Part shown: positions 51,236 through 64,000 of the stretch, piece after piece
Layout: each line of letters starts with the position of its first letter
Position numbering within the stretch: position 1 is the stretch's first letter
NCBI RefSeq assembly: GCF_001194135.2
Contig: NC_069002.1
Span: 35,070,520-35,134,519 of the forward strand
Length of the DNA stretch: 64,000 nt
From: Octopus bimaculoides
Taxonomy: Eukaryota
Direction: 5' to 3'
The notes under the pieces: generated by a model
Databases searched by the model: none
Seen by the model: only the letters and a program-made list of their open reading frames with translations
What the model was told of the DNA's origin: nothing
Made by a program: the position numbers and the translations under genes

Positions 51236-53478
51236 ACTTGACGTTTTACTGAATCTGATATACCATGCGTGTGTGTGTATGTACGTGTGCACGCGACCGT
51301 GTGTATGTACGCGTACGTATGTAATTATGTGTAAGTGTGTGTGTGCATGTGTCTGTGAGTCTTGTGTGTCTATTCTTCATTTGCATATATAGCTTTCTAT
51401 TTCGTCTTGCACTATACTCAGGATTTTTATCTATATTGGATTTCGTCAATTTAACATTGGTAATGTAATGTTCTAACGGAGTCCTATTCTCAATTGTATT
51501 CACATGTTTACTCTTATTCTCTTCTTGCTTTGTTACTGGAATACTTACCACACTTTTATAGATTATTTGTAACGCTTAAATGCTCTCACAATATACTAGA
51601 GACTATCGAACCGGTATTTAAAGTCCCTGATTCCAATAACAGCCTGTGAATGTATGAAAGAATTTCACAGAAACCACCTTAATATAACGCTGATGAGATA
51701 CATACAGGACCATCTCTATCGAGTCGAATCCATTCTAATTTCCAGCGACACAAGAAAATGTTACAATGTGGAAATATATATTTTATGGAGAAACTTCTGA
51801 AGCTTCTATAATATATCCGCTTGATAATGTCATATCTATGTAGGTGATATTTTCTCATTTATTTCGTCTCATCGTGTAGTCTTCTAATATATTTATATTC
51901 CAATTCGTATAACAATGGTAGTAGATCTACTAACTGGTCACGCAATCTGGTAGAAATCGCAGCTAATCCTTCTACACTTCACGACTAAACTGCTTTTTTT
52001 TAAATAACATAATGTAATTCCAGATGTAAGAACTTAAGCAATAAGGAAGGGAAGAAGTGAGACAGAAGTATAGAGAGGTGCGCTCGGAAAAAAAGGAAAA
52101 AAACACTTTATTGGTTCACATGTTCAATGTGTGTGTGGTTATGTTTGTATTCCGCTAGATAATTATATGATAGGTGTTAGCCGAGCATGTATTTATGTGT
52201 GTGGGTATGTATCCAACCGTATAAACATCCTGGTATAGGCATAGTTATCCATAGCAAATTGTGACAAAAATTCTAATATTGTCTCTATCTGATATATCTG
52301 ATGCACAGAATTTCGAAAATCTTAATTCGCATACACATAAAATCATAGCATGTGGTGCTTTTCATTTTGTTTGCACGCTCAATGATTAACCGTCTCATTT
52401 AGATGAATGAGGATTCCATTGTTTATATTCTCTTGCTTGCAAGTGCTTATGTACATATGTGGAAATGTATATATGCACATATCACTCTATGGATGTATTC
52501 TTGTACATCTTTATGTAAATAAAAATTGATGTTTGCATCTTTGCATGTATCAATTCACGTCAAAATATCATCATGGAATTACAAAGACTCATATTCTTAG
52601 TGGAATTATCTTTTAGAGTGGTTTTGCGAAACACCATCAACGAAGTAGTCGCTGTTATGATCTATTGAGTTAAAGTGTTTGACATTGTTCCGTGATGGCA
52701 AGACTATAAAAACAGATAGATCGTTCTTAGTTATAATTAACTCTACGAAGCTCACTGTTTGCTTCTCATAAACAATGCTATACTTTAATCACAGGAGCGA
52801 ACTCGATAAAAGCAATATAACTGTGAGACGTTTCCATTGCACCTTGAATCTCAATCATACCATATCAATCTTAGCCGTTCTCGTCACACAATCAAATGAA
52901 CTGTATAGCTCCTTATATGTATTTAGGGTTTTCCATAAAACTTGCAGCATATTTTATAGCAATGATTTTAAGGTGTCTGTTGAAATGATGTCTTCACCGT
53001 GACAAGCTAACCTAACCTATACGTACTATAAAATTTCAATCATTTCATAGGAATGAAGTTGGCTAAACAATTCTACTGTAAAAGTAACGTTTAAGAGGAA
53101 GTGAAAAGTGAATTCTCTCTGTAATTTAAAATGGCCATAAATAACGCGCTTAAAACAAAAGCGAACGTAACTGCTTTAAAGAGCGAAGAAGAAAAAGAAA
53201 AAAGATTTCAACAGGGGATCGCTGAAGAGAAGTCTATGGAGGATTTTGTTCGGAAATTAATGTCATTCTAGAAAATCCATATCATACACAATGAAAATGA
53301 GGAACGTCAAAAACAGTTTAAATATCATGAAGTGTTCCTGCTTTAGGAAGTTTTTCCATAAACAAACAGTGAGACTTGGAAAAGGCAATTGTCATTTATG
53401 ATGCATTCTCCACCGTTTTCGACGATTATCATCTGATTGGTTTCCTTATAACTGCTATCTACACAGCTTTTTATACAG

Positions 53479-53553
53479 ATTTATCCAATGCCATGGACAC
53501 ACAAATAGAACGAGCCCAGATGTTCATGATTGCGAAGCATATTTTTTTAACCG
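53479..53553 (+). CDS. Candidate 75-nt symmetrical exon (unverified)
   Basis: CTTTTTATACAG acceptor and CCG|GTCAGT donor. Open in phase 2 (FIQCHGHTNRTSPDVHDCEAYFFN) and phase 1 (DLSNAMDTQIERAQMFMIAKHIFLT). Confidence 0.3.
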
Positions 53554-53805
53554 GTCAGTCAAACTTGCTTTACTCGTGATATGCACATATTCAAAATATA
53601 ATTTATGAATTTGATTAATTCCTTTTGACCGACATCCACACTCGTCGATGCTAGATATTATTCCAATACCATTGTGATTAAACTGATGAAGTTACTAATT
53701 TCTCCCTGAAAATGTTATCTCTAAATTACTGGAGCTAAACCTTTTTTTTTTTCTGACGAGACGATATTCCAAATTATGGCTGCAAGGCATCATGTTTAGT
53801 ATTAA

Positions 53806-53874
53806 TTTTACATTGGTCCTTTTGTTTTGCATTGGTCCTTTTGTTTTACATTGGTCCTTTTGTTTTGCATTGGT
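53806..53874. repeat. 19-bp minisatellite, about 3.6 copies
   Basis: Unit CATTGGTCCTTTTGTTTT(G/A). Confidence 0.9.
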
Positions 53875-54029
53875 GACACAGATCCATAACAATGCCGACT
53901 AGATTGACCACTGCTTCATAACCACAGGCTGGATGTCCATATTAGGTGGGGTTCTGGACAACATAGACTAATCGAAAGTTTGTTCCATACTGTCTACTGT
54001 CGCCGCTTGTATATATATACACACACACA

Positions 54030-54193
54030 CGACAGCCTTCTTTCTGTTACCGTCTACTAAATCAACTCAAGGATTTTGTCGACCCGAGGCTATAGTAGAA
54101 GGTACTTGTCTCTAAAGTGTCATGCAGTGGGACTGAATCCTGAACCATGAGGTTGGGAAGCAAGCTACTTACCACAGAGCTACACCTGCGCCT
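54030..54193 (-). mobile_element. SINE family C (head and body)
   Basis: ...CCCGAGGCTATAGTAGAAG...GCAGTGGGACTGAA...GGTTGGGAAGCAAGCTACTTACCACAGAGCTACACCTGCGCCT. Confidence 0.85.
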
Positions 54194-54554
54194 GTATAGT
54201 TTTTGAATAACGATTCTACTCAGTAGTTTTACCACTTACGAGTGACAGAATAACCATCGCAACAATATGGATAAACACTGGATATACTAGTATCCCTTTG
54301 CTCATTTAATCACGACGGTTGTTTGTAGCACTGGGATGGAAGTTCCAAGTGCATGTAGACATTCATAAAGGATCATTAGAGGATCCGGTGTGGCTGAGCA
54401 TGCGAAATCTGCATGCAACTGGAATTTAGAACCAGGACGTCATTTCACCTATAATCATGACACGCACGTAGGGACTTCAATATACACGTTTGATTGGGAT
54501 TATCCGTAGTTTATATATATATATATATATGTGTGTGTGTATGTGTATGTGGTC

Positions 54555-54730
54555 CAACCATGACTTGTATTTAGATACCCGTATCATATCGGCCCGGCAA
54601 ACGAGTTAGATAGACTAAGTACTAGGATTACAGATAAAAGGACCCGAGTTTGATTTCCCCGACTATAAACATCTAAGGCGGTGCTTCAGCATAATCATAA
54701 TCAAATCACTGAAACGGTAACAGAATAAAG
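54555..54730 (+). mobile_element. SINE family C tail fragment
   Basis: GATAGACTAAGTACTAGG...AAGGCGGTGCTTCAGCAT...ACTGAAAC. Similar to 62160-62307. Confidence 0.5.
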
Positions 54731-54772
<42 letters not shown>

Positions 54773-55008
54773 NNNNNNNNNNNNNNNNNNNNNNNNNNNN
54801 NNNNNNNNNNNNNNNNNNNNNNNNNNNNNNNNNNNNNNNNNNNNNNNNNNNNNNNNNNNNNNNNNNNNNNNNNNNNNNNNNNNNNNNNNNNNNNNNNNNN
54901 NNNNNNNNNNNNNNNNNNNNNNNNNNNNNNNNNNNNNNNNNNTGTGTGTGTCTACGAGGGCGAATGACTGTGTTTGTGAGAGAGGCAGAGGGAGAGACAG
55001 GGGTAGTA

Positions 55009-55050
<42 letters not shown>

Positions 55051-55870
55051 TGTGTGTGTCAAAGGAAACAATTCATCGATTTATAGATAAGGGTTACATT
55101 GTTGGATAATCTGAACACGTAGAATTGTGACCACACATCCATTTCTCTCTTCTCTGTCCTCGATATCAAATCATTGAATTAGTGATGAGAGAAAATTTTT
55201 CATTTCTCAAGTCATGTACACATTTATCGATAATAACTGTCGATATTGATCGACAGTCTATCGTTGGACTATGACAGTAAATGAATCATTTCCTCCGAGT
55301 TTTCATTCTTGTGTCAACTATCATTACCCAATAACATTCGTTTAATTCTCAACTTGATCTGAGTTGTTGACCTTTTCATGTTATCTGCTGATGGCAACTC
55401 TTCAATGAAGATACATCTTCTGTCTATAGCTAACTATATCTCTTTATTTGAGTTTCCTGTATACGCGTATACATACGAATATACACATAGAAGAGCGTAC
55501 AAAATCTCTCGAACACTTATACAGAGGCCTGTAGACACAGGTACACGCACATAGACATCCACATAATCTATACGGAGAATGTGAGGCCGTATATATAAAT
55601 TGATACAGATATATGTGTGTGCCACTATATATATATATATATATATATATACACAAACACACAGCGAAGGTGAGGGCGGTAACTATATGAATATTTATAT
55701 ATTTTTATGTATTTAATGGCTCTCTGTCAGTGTGTGCATATCTGTGGGTCTGAATATGTGCACATATGTGTGACGTAGCGGGCTGTTTATGTATGTATTT
55801 ATATATATATATGTACGCATGTATGTATGTGTATAAACGCATCGATATACAAAGAGAAGGAGAAATAGGC

Positions 55871-55921
<51 letters not shown>

Positions 55922-56844
55922 NNNNNNNNNNNNNNNNNNNNNNNNNNNNNNNNNNNNNNNNNNNNNNNNNNNNNNNNNNNNNNNNNNNNNNNNNNNNNNN
56001 NNNNNNNNNNNNNNNNNNNNNNNNNNNNNNNNNNNNNNNNNNNNNNNNNNNNNNNNNNNNNNNNNNNNNNNNNNNNNNNNNNNNNNNNNNNNNNNNNNNN
56101 NNNNNNNNNNNNNNNNNNNNNNNNNNNNNNNNNNNNNNNNNNNNNNNNNNNNNNNNNNNNNNNNNNNNNNNNNNNNNNNNNNNNNNNNNNNNNNNNNNNN
56201 NNNNNNNNNNNNNNNNNNNNNNNNNNNNNNNNNNNNNNNNNNNNNNNNNNNNNNNNNNNNNNNNNNNNNNNNNNNNNNNNNNNNNNNNNNNNNNNNNNNN
56301 NNNNNNNNNNNNNNNNNNNNNNNNNNNNNNNNNNNNNNNNNNNNNNNNNNNNNNNNNNNNNNNNNNNNNNNNNNNNNNNNNNNNNNNNNNNNNNNNNNNN
56401 NNNNNNNNNNNNNNNNNNNNNNNNNNNNNNNNNNNNNNNNNNNNNNNNNNNNNNNNNNNNNNNNNNNNNNNNNNNNNNNNNNNNNNNNNNNNNNNNNNNN
56501 NNNNNNNNNNNNNNNNNNNNNNNNNNNNNNNNNNNNNNNNNNNNNNNNNNNNNNNNNNNNNNNNNNNNNNNNNNNNNNNNNNNNNNNNNNNNNNNNNNNN
56601 NNNNNNNNNNNNNNNNNNNNNNNNNNNNNNNNAAATTTAGCGAAGTAAGAAAAACGTATACGGCCAAGACAAGTGAAAATTACATAAATATATACAGTTA
56701 CCTACAAACTAGTTTCGAAATTAATATTTTCTTACCGAAAATATCTGTTTCTCGTCAGTACAGGCCGCTAAATAAATGTGCTCTATTCGTGGGGAACAAC
56801 TAGTATGCGATTCTGAGAATTATATTTAAATTCAATTAAAACAG

Positions 56845-56885
56845 ATGGACACAGTAGTATAATTTTACCTAAAACATCCAAGAAG
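56845..56885 (+). CDS. Candidate micro-exon (unverified)
   Basis: AAACAG acceptor and AAG|GTAAGG donor. Phase 1 to 0: DGHSSIILPKTSKK. Compatible with the phase-1 reading of 53479-53553. Confidence 0.12.
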
Positions 56886-58238
56886 GTAAGGTAATAGACA
56901 AAGAACATGCTGTCTTCACTTCAGCTTAGAAGTTACTAAGGTATCAGGAAGAAAGAGATATATATATACACAGAGAAAGAGAGATAGTGAGAGAGAAATC
57001 GATAAGATTACATACAAAATGATGCATAGTTAAAAGTATACATATTTTCTATCTATATAATGTATATAAACATACATTTTTCCATGTTTATGTGTGCATA
57101 GGCACTCAACCACGAGACTACTGTATCTTTTACTGGAAACAGCCGTAAGCTGGTGAAGTTGATAACATAAGCTTTATTCCCTTGTCAATCTGTTTTACTT
57201 GTTACCATTTTGTACTCAACTAACGTTTCGTTCTGTAGTATACGTATATTGAGGTCTGCATTAAGTTATTACCACCGTAATACCAAAGCGAAATATTGCA
57301 TATATATATTACATCTCTCTCTCTCTCTCTCCCTCTCCCTCTCCCTCTCTCTATATATATATGTGCGTGTGTGTGTGTATGCAAAAATATACAAACACAC
57401 ACTTACGTACGTAAAAGTATACCACCGCACAAGCATGTTAATGTTTAGCACATAAGTCCTGTAGTGTGATATTGGAATAATCATTTAAATGCAACAATTG
57501 CGCTTTATGTGAGAGCCTTACCTCTTCAATTTATATATATGTTTGTGTGAGTATGTGTGCGCGCGTGCGTCCGATTTTCTGCACATGTATGCGTGTCTGT
57601 TTATATTTATATGTTTGAATGTATAGGTATTCAGTTTGCACGAAAAAAAAAAACGGATAATATCTCAAATGTTTCTTTCGTGCAAAGTTTCATTCTATTT
57701 AATCATTTTTAATTGGTAATTTATTTGCACGATGGATGTAATATATTACTGTTGCTGTTTCTGAATGAAATTTTATTGTGGCAATAGAGGAAAATATTTC
57801 CAAGGGAATACTTGTCTTAATATGAATGTTATTATATAGTCGTGAAAATATATTTTGCAATTATATTTACTGTTGTTCATTTAAAACAATCTGTAAAAAC
57901 GTGTTAAATACAACAAATGTTGACCTAAAATTTTATTATTTTATATGACATGGGATATATTTTATGTAGTATTGGTTAAAGATCACATAAATATTTGCTT
58001 TTCTTTTTAATTCCAAAATGTAATAATGGCAGGTCTGAGTGTAATGTACTGAATTATATATATCACAATTTCATAATTTATCATTTCAATGGCTAGTAAA
58101 CCTTTCAATGTGTTACTCTCGTTCTTTATGTTTTTATATTTCGGTTCGTTCTCCCGTTTAAACATGGTGATGTTTATTCCATTTTTATAGCACAACAACG
58201 CCATTTCAATGGTATTGTTATTCCTGTATTCCATGCAG

Positions 58239-58302
58239 ATGCAAGCAGGCTTCCCTGAAGAATACGGTCGATGATCGTTGTAATATTACGCTAGTTAATT
58301 AA
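58239..58302 (+). CDS. Candidate terminal coding exon (unverified)
   Basis: TTATTCCTGTATTCCATGCAG acceptor. Phase 2 reading CKQASLKNTVDDRCNITLVN*. AATAAA at ~58472. Confidence 0.15.
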
Positions 58303-60686
58303 CAAGAACATCGGTGAAAACAGAAGGGAAAATGACATAAAGACAAGCAAGTAGACAGACATCAGAGAGACTAAGCGACAAGACTGATGTTTAATCTGAT
58401 TTTTATTAAAATCTGTCATTGGAAGAAATTGGTGATATTCTGCAACAGCAACATTTACTCCATCGATGAGAAATAAAGTCACCACCAATTATCCCCATTA
58501 TATAATATGCAAGAATCTTAGATTTTCTGCCCGTATTCTACTTCTCACACGAAGAAAAGCAAAGGAAACATTGCCAATCCGATTTCTAGCAAGGGAAGAA
58601 GCGTCTTCCTTGGCATAATAGACATACAAGCCAAATAACGCATGAATCACAGGGTATAAAGAAGGATAGTCGAAACTTCTATACTTCTTTTTATCAAAAA
58701 TATATGATAAAATAGGGTGACATTATTAAGAATATAGCTATGAGAGTTTCTAACCAACAATGTGTTAGCCTTAGATACGTTATGGATTGATATTATACTA
58801 TATTTGAGCGATATGACAAACTATAGTACTGCGCTTTTAACTTACTGTTTCTTTAAAACATTCAAACAGGTTTAGCCAATGTACTGTGGAACTAAATCAT
58901 TGGCAACATAATGCGTGCCTATTTGTAAATGTGAAAGCTGTTGTGAATATTCCCACAAGACATAAGCTTAGTGAAACACTATTTTAACTGAAGAAAGTTA
59001 TTGTATAAAAGGCGATTCGTTTCATAACAGATGAGACATATAATGTTCGCTAAAAAAATATACATATACTTTAGAGTATATATATGCATTTCAAAGACAA
59101 ATGCATATATCATGCACACGCATATATTTACATTATACGTATGTACATATATAATATTAACAGGTGATGGATTCAGTAGTAAAAATCTTTTGGTTACATG
59201 TCTGGATCTCATCAGGTGCATCGATAAAGATATATCTCACTGCCGTGTATGATAACAGGAATCCCAAACTGTGAGGGTGCTCTACTCAACATTCAAACAC
59301 ATTAATCGACGTATACTTATTTGTCCAAATTATTGATTATATATATATCAAATGGATGTGATACAAAACTATACCCCACGTACAATAACAGCCGTACCAA
59401 CAATCCAACAAACCTTCATCTTCAGCTGCCCCACGTATATAGCTATGGTCTTGACACCTGGGCAGTTGCATCCAATCCGGCGGTGTGAACAGCACTAAAG
59501 ATGTGTTGTTTGGGAACAAACATACCTTAAATATCACTACATACATTCAACCTTAATTCTAGGCGGGATTAATCGCTAACGTTATTAATTAAGCTCTAAA
59601 CAAAGAAACACATTTACTCTGTGTACATGAGTATCGGTAAACAAATTCAATACGTAAACCTCTAACTCCTAAATAATATATATATATATATATATANNNN
59701 NNNNNNNNNNNNNNNNNNNNNNNNNNNNNNNNNNNNNNNNNNNNNNNNNNNNNNNNNNNNNNNNNNNNNNNNNNNNNNNNNNNNNNNNNNNNNNNNNNNN
59801 NNNNNNNNNNNNNNNNNNNNNNNNNNNNNNNNNNNNNNNNNNNNNNNNNNNNNNNNNNNNNNNNNNNNNNNNNNNNNNNNNNNNNNNNNNNNNNNNNNNN
59901 NNNNNNNNNNNNNNNNNNNNNNNNNNNNNNNNNNNNNNNNNNNNNNNNNNNNNNNNNNNNNNNNNNNNNNNNNNNNNNNNNNNNNNNNNNNNNNNNNNNN
60001 NNNNNNNNNNNNNNNNNNNNNNNNNNNNNNNNNATATATATATATATATATAAGCATGTATGTCTGTATATATAAACAAATCTTAAGTACATTTCATTAG
60101 CACAAGTTGAAGTTAAGTTATATAACAAATGTTTCCATTATGTTTTGCTTTATTTACTAAAAATGTATTCTGTGAAAGACAGAATCCATAACAAATATTA
60201 CTGATGTGTGTGTGTGTGTGCGCGCATATACATAAATACATAGATATAGATATCGATATATACGTATGTATATATTTATACGCCTAGATATATACATGCA
60301 TACACATATATGTATGTATACGTATGATTGAATGAATGTATGTATACACGCAAACTAGATTACGTAATCTGTATTCTTCTATAATAATTCTGCTACTACC
60401 ATTAGTGCAATTACGTTTTAAGCGGCAACTTGTTAGCTAAAATATACTACTTGATTTGTTTTTGTACACATCTCCGCAATTCATTATATAAAGATCGCTG
60501 ATCAACTACGCCCACTGATGGAGATTACTATGTACTCATTTAGTCATACGCCAAACAATATTTTGGCAAACATACAGAAGTCGAGTTGTTGCTAAAAAGC
60601 GTTAATAAGACTGAAAAATGAAATATGAATAGTTTCGTGTACATTGGGTAAACCGTAGTTTAGATTTTCTTCTCGTGTGTATGTGT

Positions 60687-60905
60687 GCGGTCGGAGGATC
60701 GCGGTTTTCAATTCCCAGATCAGACGTGTGTGTTTATTACCGAAAACACCTTAAGCTCCACGAGACTCCGGCAGGGATGGGGCGACGCCTGTTGTACATT
60801 TTCCCCCCAACTTTCTCTCACTCCTTTGTCCTGTTTCTTGAGTAACGCTGCGATGGACTGGCGTCCCGTTCACCTGGGGGGGGGACACATACGCCATAGA
60901 AACCG
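60687..60905 (+). mobile_element. SINE family B head/body with a different tail (Y, Meta-domain-like)
   Basis: The first ~150 bp match B. The tail CTGCGATGGACTGGCGTCCCG...TACGCCATAGAAACCG resembles the conserved Meta/V SINE domain. Cut by an N-gap. Confidence 0.75.
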
Positions 60906-60980
60906 NNNNNNNNNNTGGATAGTCTTTAAAAAAGCGCATAGTAATAAAATAAAAAAATCTATGTATATATTTATACATAA

Positions 60981-61027
<47 letters not shown>

Positions 61028-61169
61028 CATACACGCATGCACACAGATATACATATATACATATTTATATGTATGTGTAACATCATGCTTTCTCAATAGA
61101 GTTATTTGAAGATAAGTATATTATACATCTGAGTATAGAACATGCGGTTCTCATAGCTATACATATATG

Positions 61170-61209
<40 letters not shown>

Positions 61210-61910
61210 GAGAGAGAGAGGTGTAATTGTAATGATTTTGGACGATAAATAACACGGTAGCAGCAAGTCCCTGTCTCGTGTGTTAATTTTCCATTCATTC
61301 CTTGTCCTAATTCTCTTCAAGTCTTAAAACTTACTATGCAGTCTAACAGCACGCACCTAATTTTTGGTTGTATAAAGTAGAAATTTTATGGAGAGACATC
61401 GCTTTCTTTTTCTCCTTCTCTCTTTTCTCGCATTCATTTCCTTTCTTGCAACCTTACCTGTCCTTTTCTGTCCCCCAAGCTTCCACTTTTTCTTTCTCCT
61501 CTCACTACGACTTGAGCTGTGACCATTCGAATCTCAACTTCCTTTCTACCCTTCACTGCTGACTTGTTCAATCGTACTTCTTCTGGCCTTTCACCGTCTC
61601 TACTTTCACATTACGTTCTTTTATTTTGTAATGTTTTTTCACCTTTCACTCTCTCCTTCATCTTTCCTATAATACATTTTCCATTGCGTTACACGTTTTC
61701 TCTTGTGTCAGATCCTCAAGGCCTCTAATTTCTTGGTATAACGTAAAATATATATGCTGTTTGGATATATTGGATTCTACTTGGATTATAGCTCTCGAAA
61801 TAAGCGATTCTGAATGTTTCCTCCTTGATGTTCCAGACATTTCAAAAATATGCTCAAAGAATTTTAACTTACAGATATAAAAGCAGGCTAAGTAATGTTT
61901 AACGTATCCA

Positions 61911-62007
61911 TGCAGACGTGGCTGTGTGGTAAGAAGCTTGCCTCCCAACCAGATGTTTCCAAGCTCAGTGCGTGTCATATATATACATATATATATGACA
62001 CGGTGTG

Positions 62008-62052
<45 letters not shown>

Positions 62053-62307
62053 CATACATACATACATACACACACATATATATCTTTGTGTGCGTCTTGG
62101 TGTCTGTGTTTTGTCTCCGGAACAGTATAACAACCGGTGCTGGAGTGTTTGCGTACTCACAACCTAGCGGTTTGGCAATAGAATCCGGTACAATAGGTCC
62201 TAATCTCATAAAAAAAACGCAAGTACTGAGGGTCGATTCACTCGACTAAAAATTCTGCAAGATCCTGCCTCGGTATGGCCGCAATCTAATGTCTAAGACA
62301 AGTAAAA
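61911..62307 (+). mobile_element. SINE family C with internal deletion and (AT)n
   Basis: GTGGCTGTGTGGTAAGAAGCTTGCCTCCCAACC head, microsatellite, then tail ...AAGTACTG...GGTCGATTCACTCGACTAAAA...ATGGCCGCAATCTAATG. Confidence 0.8.
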
Positions 62308-63109
62308 CTATAAAATATCTACACAAAAGAAATAAAAGGAAAAAGGTTTTAACCCGAAGCACAAGAATATATTACGCATATTTTCATATTGATAGAGATC
62401 ATAATAGTTTTGAATTTGTCATACTGCCAAGTGAAAAAAAAAATATTTAAAATAAAAAGTAAACTTTCCAGATTTTCCATGTATATATTCTCCTGTGGTA
62501 CATATTTAAAACTATGCTCCCTGTATATCAAGATAGAGGAGGGTATCTGACTTTTAGTGCTGGCTTTGAGATTTACCATATTAGGATAGCTTTTGTATCT
62601 TGCTCGTGCTCCTGGGCACGTGTGTATATATATATATATATATATATTTGCTTGCGTTGTCTTTTTGGAGTTTGTTCTTCGTTTTTTTGGAGTGATTAAC
62701 CATATATGAGTTTGTCTATACACATATATCAGGACGGATGTGATATTTGATCCGCTTTCATTTTCTCTGTTACTTTTTATTATTCAACATGTTGATTCTC
62801 TTATGAAATCTTATTAAATTTAGAAGAACCTTTTAAACTTTAAATCTAAAATCTGTTTGCTTGTCTTGTGATATCTGAACACTAAACGGAAAGTAACTGT
62901 GATGAATATTTGCAGCACAGGAGCAAAGCTATAAATGTAGAGCAAAATTTGCTTTTTCTTTCTTCATAAAGTTAACCAATTCTACATCACAAGTTAGGAG
63001 ATATTATTCTATCTCCATTATATCTTTCCAATGTCCAGACGCATATCAGTTTCACTTGTAATTCTCATGTACTCAAATTTAATTTATTTACATTTAATGT
63101 ATCTTTCGC

Positions 63110-63138
63110 TTTCTTTCTCTCTCTCTTCCACTTTATGT

Positions 63139-63169
<31 letters not shown>

Positions 63170-63627
63170 GTTCTCTCTCTCTCTCTCTCTCTCNNNNNNN
63201 NNNNNNNNNNNNNNNNNNNNNNNNNNNNNNNNNNNNNNNNNNNNNNNNNNNNNNNNNNNNNNNNNNNNNNNNNNNNNNNNNNNNNNNNNNNNNNNNNNNN
63301 NNNNNNNNNNNNNNNNNNNNNNNNNNNNNNNNNNNNNNNNNNNNNNNNNNNNNNNNNNNNNNNNNNNNNNNNNNNNNNNNNNNNNNNNNNNNNNNNNNNN
63401 NNNNNNNNNNNNNNNNNNNNNNNNNNNNNNNNNNNNNNNNNNNNNNNNNNNNNNNNNNNNNNNNNNNNNNNNNNNNNNNNNNNNNNNNNNNNNNNNNNNN
63501 NNNNNNNNNNNNNNNNNNNNNNNNNNNNNNNNNNNNNNNNNNNNNNNNNNNNNNNNNNNNNNNNNNNNNNNNNNNNNNNNNNNNNNNNNNNNNNNNNNNN
63601 NNNNNNNNNNNNNNNNNNNNNNNNNNN

Positions 63628-63672
<45 letters not shown>

Positions 63673-63960
63673 CTCTCTCTCTCTCTCTCTCTCACATTCT
63701 CATTCTCTCTCATTCTCATTCTCTCTCACATTCTCATTCTCTCTCTCATTCTCATTCATTCTCATTCTCTCTCATTCTCATTCTCTCTCGTTCTCTCTCT
63801 CTCGTTCTCTCTCTCACATTCTCATTCTCTCACATTCTCATTCTCTCACATTCTCATTCTCTCACATTCTCTCTCTCTCACATTCTCTCTCTCTCTCATT
63901 CTCTCTCACTCATTCTCTCTCTCTCTCTCTCCCTCTCCCTCTCCCACTCTCTCTCTAGAC
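63110..63960. repeat. (CT)n tract grading into CATTCT-containing compound repeat (spans an N-gap)
   Basis: Direct repeats. Confidence 0.95.
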
Positions 63961-63966
63961 ATATTT

Positions 63967-64000
<34 letters not shown>

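Noticed and set aside
51549-51643. Minus-strand segment with strong acceptor (TTCATACATTCACAG) and donor (GTG|GTAAGT)
   Set aside because: All three frames contain stops. It is at most a non-coding exon, and it shows that good splice-site pairs arise by chance here, which is why the other exon candidates have low confidence.
63150-63700. Identical CTCTCTCG-TTCTCTCT flanks on both sides of the N-gap, suggesting a duplication
   Set aside because: More likely overlapping contig ends in a collapsed microsatellite, i.e. an assembly artefact.
17-63968. Long ORFs made of YI/HT/CV/SL/ER repeats or X runs (e.g. 10079-10825, 26455-27276, 55705-56803, 63084-63968)
   Set aside because: They are translations of dinucleotide microsatellites and N-gaps, which lack stop codons.

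Overview
AT-rich, microsatellite-dense eukaryotic genomic DNA with many N-gaps. The SINE and transposon families look like those of a coleoid cephalopod, most likely Octopus (inferred from recalled repeat consensus sequences, not from a search). The window is mostly intronic or intergenic. It holds about 30 copies of four to five tRNA-derived SINE families (labelled A, B, C and CORE-like here), an unclassified ~500-bp repeat (D), and decayed coding relics of RTE-type and restriction-like-endonuclease LINEs, mariner/Tc1, probable hAT and possible LTR elements. No intact gene can be identified. A few short + strand segments with good splice signals may be exons of one long-intron gene of unknown identity. 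The best one (24213-24333) has a protein-like frame interrupted by a single TGA. Other points of interest are minimal hammerhead-ribozyme-like motifs, a nested SINE with an 18-bp target-site duplication, a SINE hotspot at 37.1-39.6 kb and module swapping between SINE families. I see no firm evidence of a novel multi-gene system. The gene-level ideas are hypotheses. Almost all long entries in the ORF track are artefacts of microsatellites and N-gaps.
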